Virus record (IMG/VR): IMGVR_UViG_2711768073_000015
From: a virus
Lineage: Duplodnaviria > Heunggongvirae > Uroviricota > Caudoviricetes
Length of the DNA: 8,472 nucleotides
Reading direction: 5' to 3' (one strand)
Position 1 is the first letter of the stretch. Each line of letters opens with the position of its first letter. Below the pieces are notes generated by a model. The model ran no database searches and had not been told where the DNA came from. It saw only the letters and a program-made list of their open reading frames with translations. The translations under genes and the position numbers were made by a program. Below are positions 6,693-8,472 of the stretch, in pieces.

Positions 6693-7670
6693 ATGAGCAT
6701 AAAATCAATTCCGGGAGGGTATCTTCTTGACATGCGCCCTGAGGGGCGTAAAGGCAAACGCATTCGCAAAAAATTTAAAACGAAATCGGATGCAGTTTTA
6801 TATGAGCGGTGGGTGCTGGCGCAACAGCATAACAATGAGTGGAAAGGAAACTCTATTGATCGCCGTCCTCTGTCAGTGCTTATTGACTTGTGGTGGAAAT
6901 ACCACGGCCAGCTAATGAAGTCAGGGCATAACACGCGCCTTAAATTGCTGCGCTTGAGTGAAGCAATGGATGACCCGTGCGTGCATAAACTTAATACAAC
7001 GATGCTCACCGAGCTACGTGTGTCCAGGATAGAGCAGGGGATACAGCCCAGCACCATAAATCGAGAGATTGGGGCGTTAAGCGCGATGTTTACCGCACTC
7101 ATCTCATCCGGCCATTTTCTTAACGATAACCCCGTTCAAGGCCTTAAAGGAATGAAGGTTAACGAGCGCGAAATGGGATATCTGAGTAAGTCTGAATGTG
7201 TTCAGTTGCTGGATGCACTGGCTGAAAATCCCGATGAACGACTGGCTGTCGAAATCCTTCTGTCGACCGGGGCGCGATGGGGCGAGGTAGCGGCACTGGA
7301 GCAGCGCCGTGTTCTTCATTGTCGAATCACTTTTTCAAAAACGAAGAACAGCAAAAACCGTACCGTTCCTATTTCTGAAAGCCTGTTTGAAAAGATCAAA
7401 AAACGGGGCGGGAAACTGGTGTTTCCGACGCTGGATTATTCATTGGTTCGCGATGTCATCAAAACGGTCGCACCTGATGTTCCTGACGGCCAGGCTGTTC
7501 ATGCGCTGCGCCACACCTTCGCCAGTCATTTCATGATGAACGGCGGCAATATTCTGACGCTCCAGAAAATTCTGGGGCACGCAAAGATTCAGACAACGAT
7601 GATTTATGCCCATCTTGCGCCGGATTACCTGCAGGATGCGGTGAGGTTTAATCCACTAGGAGGTGCTTAA
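6693..7670 (+). CDS. int: Tyrosine recombinase / phage integrase (325 aa), P2 Int-like
   Basis: ORF track frame 6543..7670. I place the start at ATG 6693 (MSIKSIPGGYLLDMRPEGRKGKRIRKKF...) because the 6543 start would overlap the repressor gene. C-terminal catalytic signature HALRHTFASHFMMNGGNILTLQKILGHAKIQTTMIYAHL (HxxR ... Y). Stop TAA at 7668..7670. Confidence 0.9.
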   Translation: MSIKSIPGGYLLDMRPEGRKGKRIRKKFKTKSDAVLYERWVLAQQHNNEWKGNSIDRRPLSVLIDLWWKYHGQLMKSGHNTRLKLLRLSEAMDDPCVHKLNTTMLTELRVSRIEQGIQPSTINREIGALSAMFTALISSGHFLNDNPVQGLKGMKVNEREMGYLSKSECVQLLDALAENPDERLAVEILLSTGARWGEVAALEQRRVLHCRITFSKTKNSKNRTVPISESLFEKIKKRGGKLVFPTLDYSLVRDVIKTVAPDVPDGQAVHALRHTFASHFMMNGGNILTLQKILGHAKIQTTMIYAHLAPDYLQDAVRFNPLGGA

Positions 7671-7672
7671 GA

Positions 7673-8035
7673 GTGAAGTTTCATTTAGATGAACTTAAAA
7701 GAATGGCAACGCTCGATAATTTTGCGCGTTTTCTCAATGAGTCGTCTACGAATGAAAAATGTTTGTCGTGTGGCGATACGGATATGTACATGTATTTGAC
7801 GAATATTGTTGAGGTGGGGCCTGAGCCGAAAACTGCTGAGGAGTGTGATTTAGGCACTTTTGTTATGCTTGATTACATCGGTCCATTTACTGGGTATCCG
7901 GGATATGAGGGACATGATCGGGAAAATATCCATAACTATGAATTCCGACTTACCTGTAACAGATGTGGGTTTGTTCATCGTTACTCGGCCCGGGCCTTTA
8001 TGAACTGGGTAGGCAAGCAGGGTGATGAGAAGTGA
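7673..8035 (+). CDS. Hypothetical protein with two CxxC pairs (putative zinc-binding), 120 aa; translationally coupled to int
   Basis: GTG start at 7673, 2 nt after the int stop, with AGGAGG at 7658..7663 (9-nt spacer) inside the int 3' end. Motifs CLSCGD and CNRCGF. Stop TGA 8033..8035. Confidence 0.6.
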   Translation: MKFHLDELKRMATLDNFARFLNESSTNEKCLSCGDTDMYMYLTNIVEVGPEPKTAEECDLGTFVMLDYIGPFTGYPGYEGHDRENIHNYEFRLTCNRCGFVHRYSARAFMNWVGKQGDEK

Positions 8036-8472
8036 TGGCAGAGAATGTTGCACATATTTCGCGGTTCAGAAAAAAGAAAGAGAATGCCTATAATGTATCC
8101 AACAACCAAGTAACAGGAAGTGGTAATGATGGAGGTGATGGCATGAATGACGACCTTGAACGGCGGGTCAGTTGCCTGGAAAGTGATGTGACTGAAATCA
8201 AAAACAACCTGATTACTCTCACCACAAGAAGCGAATCCTTTGCTACCAAATCTGATGTACTGGAGATTCGCGAAGGGTTGAGGCTTGAGATGGCAGAATC
8301 GCGCCAATCCCTGAAGTCTGAGATGGCTGATTTACGCCAGTCTCTGAAAGTTGAGATGGCTGAGCATCGTACTGAACTTCAGAAATCATTTGCAAATCAG
8401 ACTTGGTTACTCACAGGTATTGTCCTGTCTGCGATGGCCGTGCTTGTGGCTGTGGTTACTGTTATTAAGTAA
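8035..8472 (+). CDS. Tail-anchored coiled-coil membrane protein (C-terminal TM helix); start ambiguous (8035 or 8143)
   Basis: ATG 8035 overlaps the upstream TGA (TGATG). An alternative ATG at 8143 has a strong GGAGGTG at 8131..8137 with a 5-nt spacer. Three 11-residue repeats EMAESRQSLKS / EMADLRQSLKV / EMAEHRTELQK precede a hydrophobic C-terminus WLLTGIVLSAMAVLVAVVTVIK (about 8404..8469). Stop TAA 8470..8472 is the last codon of the window. Confidence 0.65.
   Translation: MAENVAHISRFRKKKENAYNVSNNQVTGSGNDGGDGMNDDLERRVSCLESDVTEIKNNLITLTTRSESFATKSDVLEIREGLRLEMAESRQSLKSEMADLRQSLKVEMAEHRTELQKSFANQTWLLTGIVLSAMAVLVAVVTVIK
8287..8385 (+). repeat. Three imperfect 33-bp tandem coding repeats
   Basis: gagatggcagaatcgcgccaatccctgaagtct / gagatggctgatttacgccagtctctgaaagtt / gagatggctgagcatcgtactgaacttcagaaa, encoding the 11-residue coiled-coil repeats of the last gene. 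Confidence 0.8.

Noticed and set aside
6644-7319. Minus-strand ORFs 6644..7102 and 7104..7319 and plus-strand ORFs 6727..6915 and 7309..7536
   Set aside because: They lie entirely inside the integrase gene, which has clear catalytic motifs; likely spurious.
7850-8307. Minus-strand ORFs 7850..8053 and 7981..8307
   Set aside because: They overlap the two coupled plus-strand genes, which have strong RBS and start context; no supporting signals on the minus strand.
7671-8472. attP/attL core or tRNA gene downstream of int
   Set aside because: No tRNA-like cloverleaf or obvious core repeat was recognisable by eye. The next gene starts 2 nt after int, so a prophage boundary here could not be supported or excluded from this window alone.

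Overview
This window looks like the immunity/early-replication region of a P2-like temperate phage or prophage, read entirely from sequence with no database search. Left to right: (1) a minus-strand P2 gpA-type rolling-circle replication gene (HUH motif plus paired tyrosines) that is disrupted or expanded by two large, slightly diverged direct duplications (offsets 1123 bp and 1425 bp); (2) a tightly packed minus-strand early operon of seven small ORFs (37 to 129 codons) headed by a gene in the Cox/Apl position; (3) a 91-bp switch region with a near-perfect palindrome and direct repeats; (4) a plus-strand P2 C-like repressor followed by a tyrosine integrase; (5) two further plus-strand genes translationally coupled to the integrase: a double-CxxC protein and a tail-anchored coiled-coil membrane protein with 33-bp coding repeats. 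The best candidate for an undescribed system is this two-gene module downstream of int, because P2-type phages normally have attP there. No rRNA, tRNA, CRISPR array or IS element was recognised. All product calls rest on my recollection of P2-family proteins and on motifs visible in the translations.
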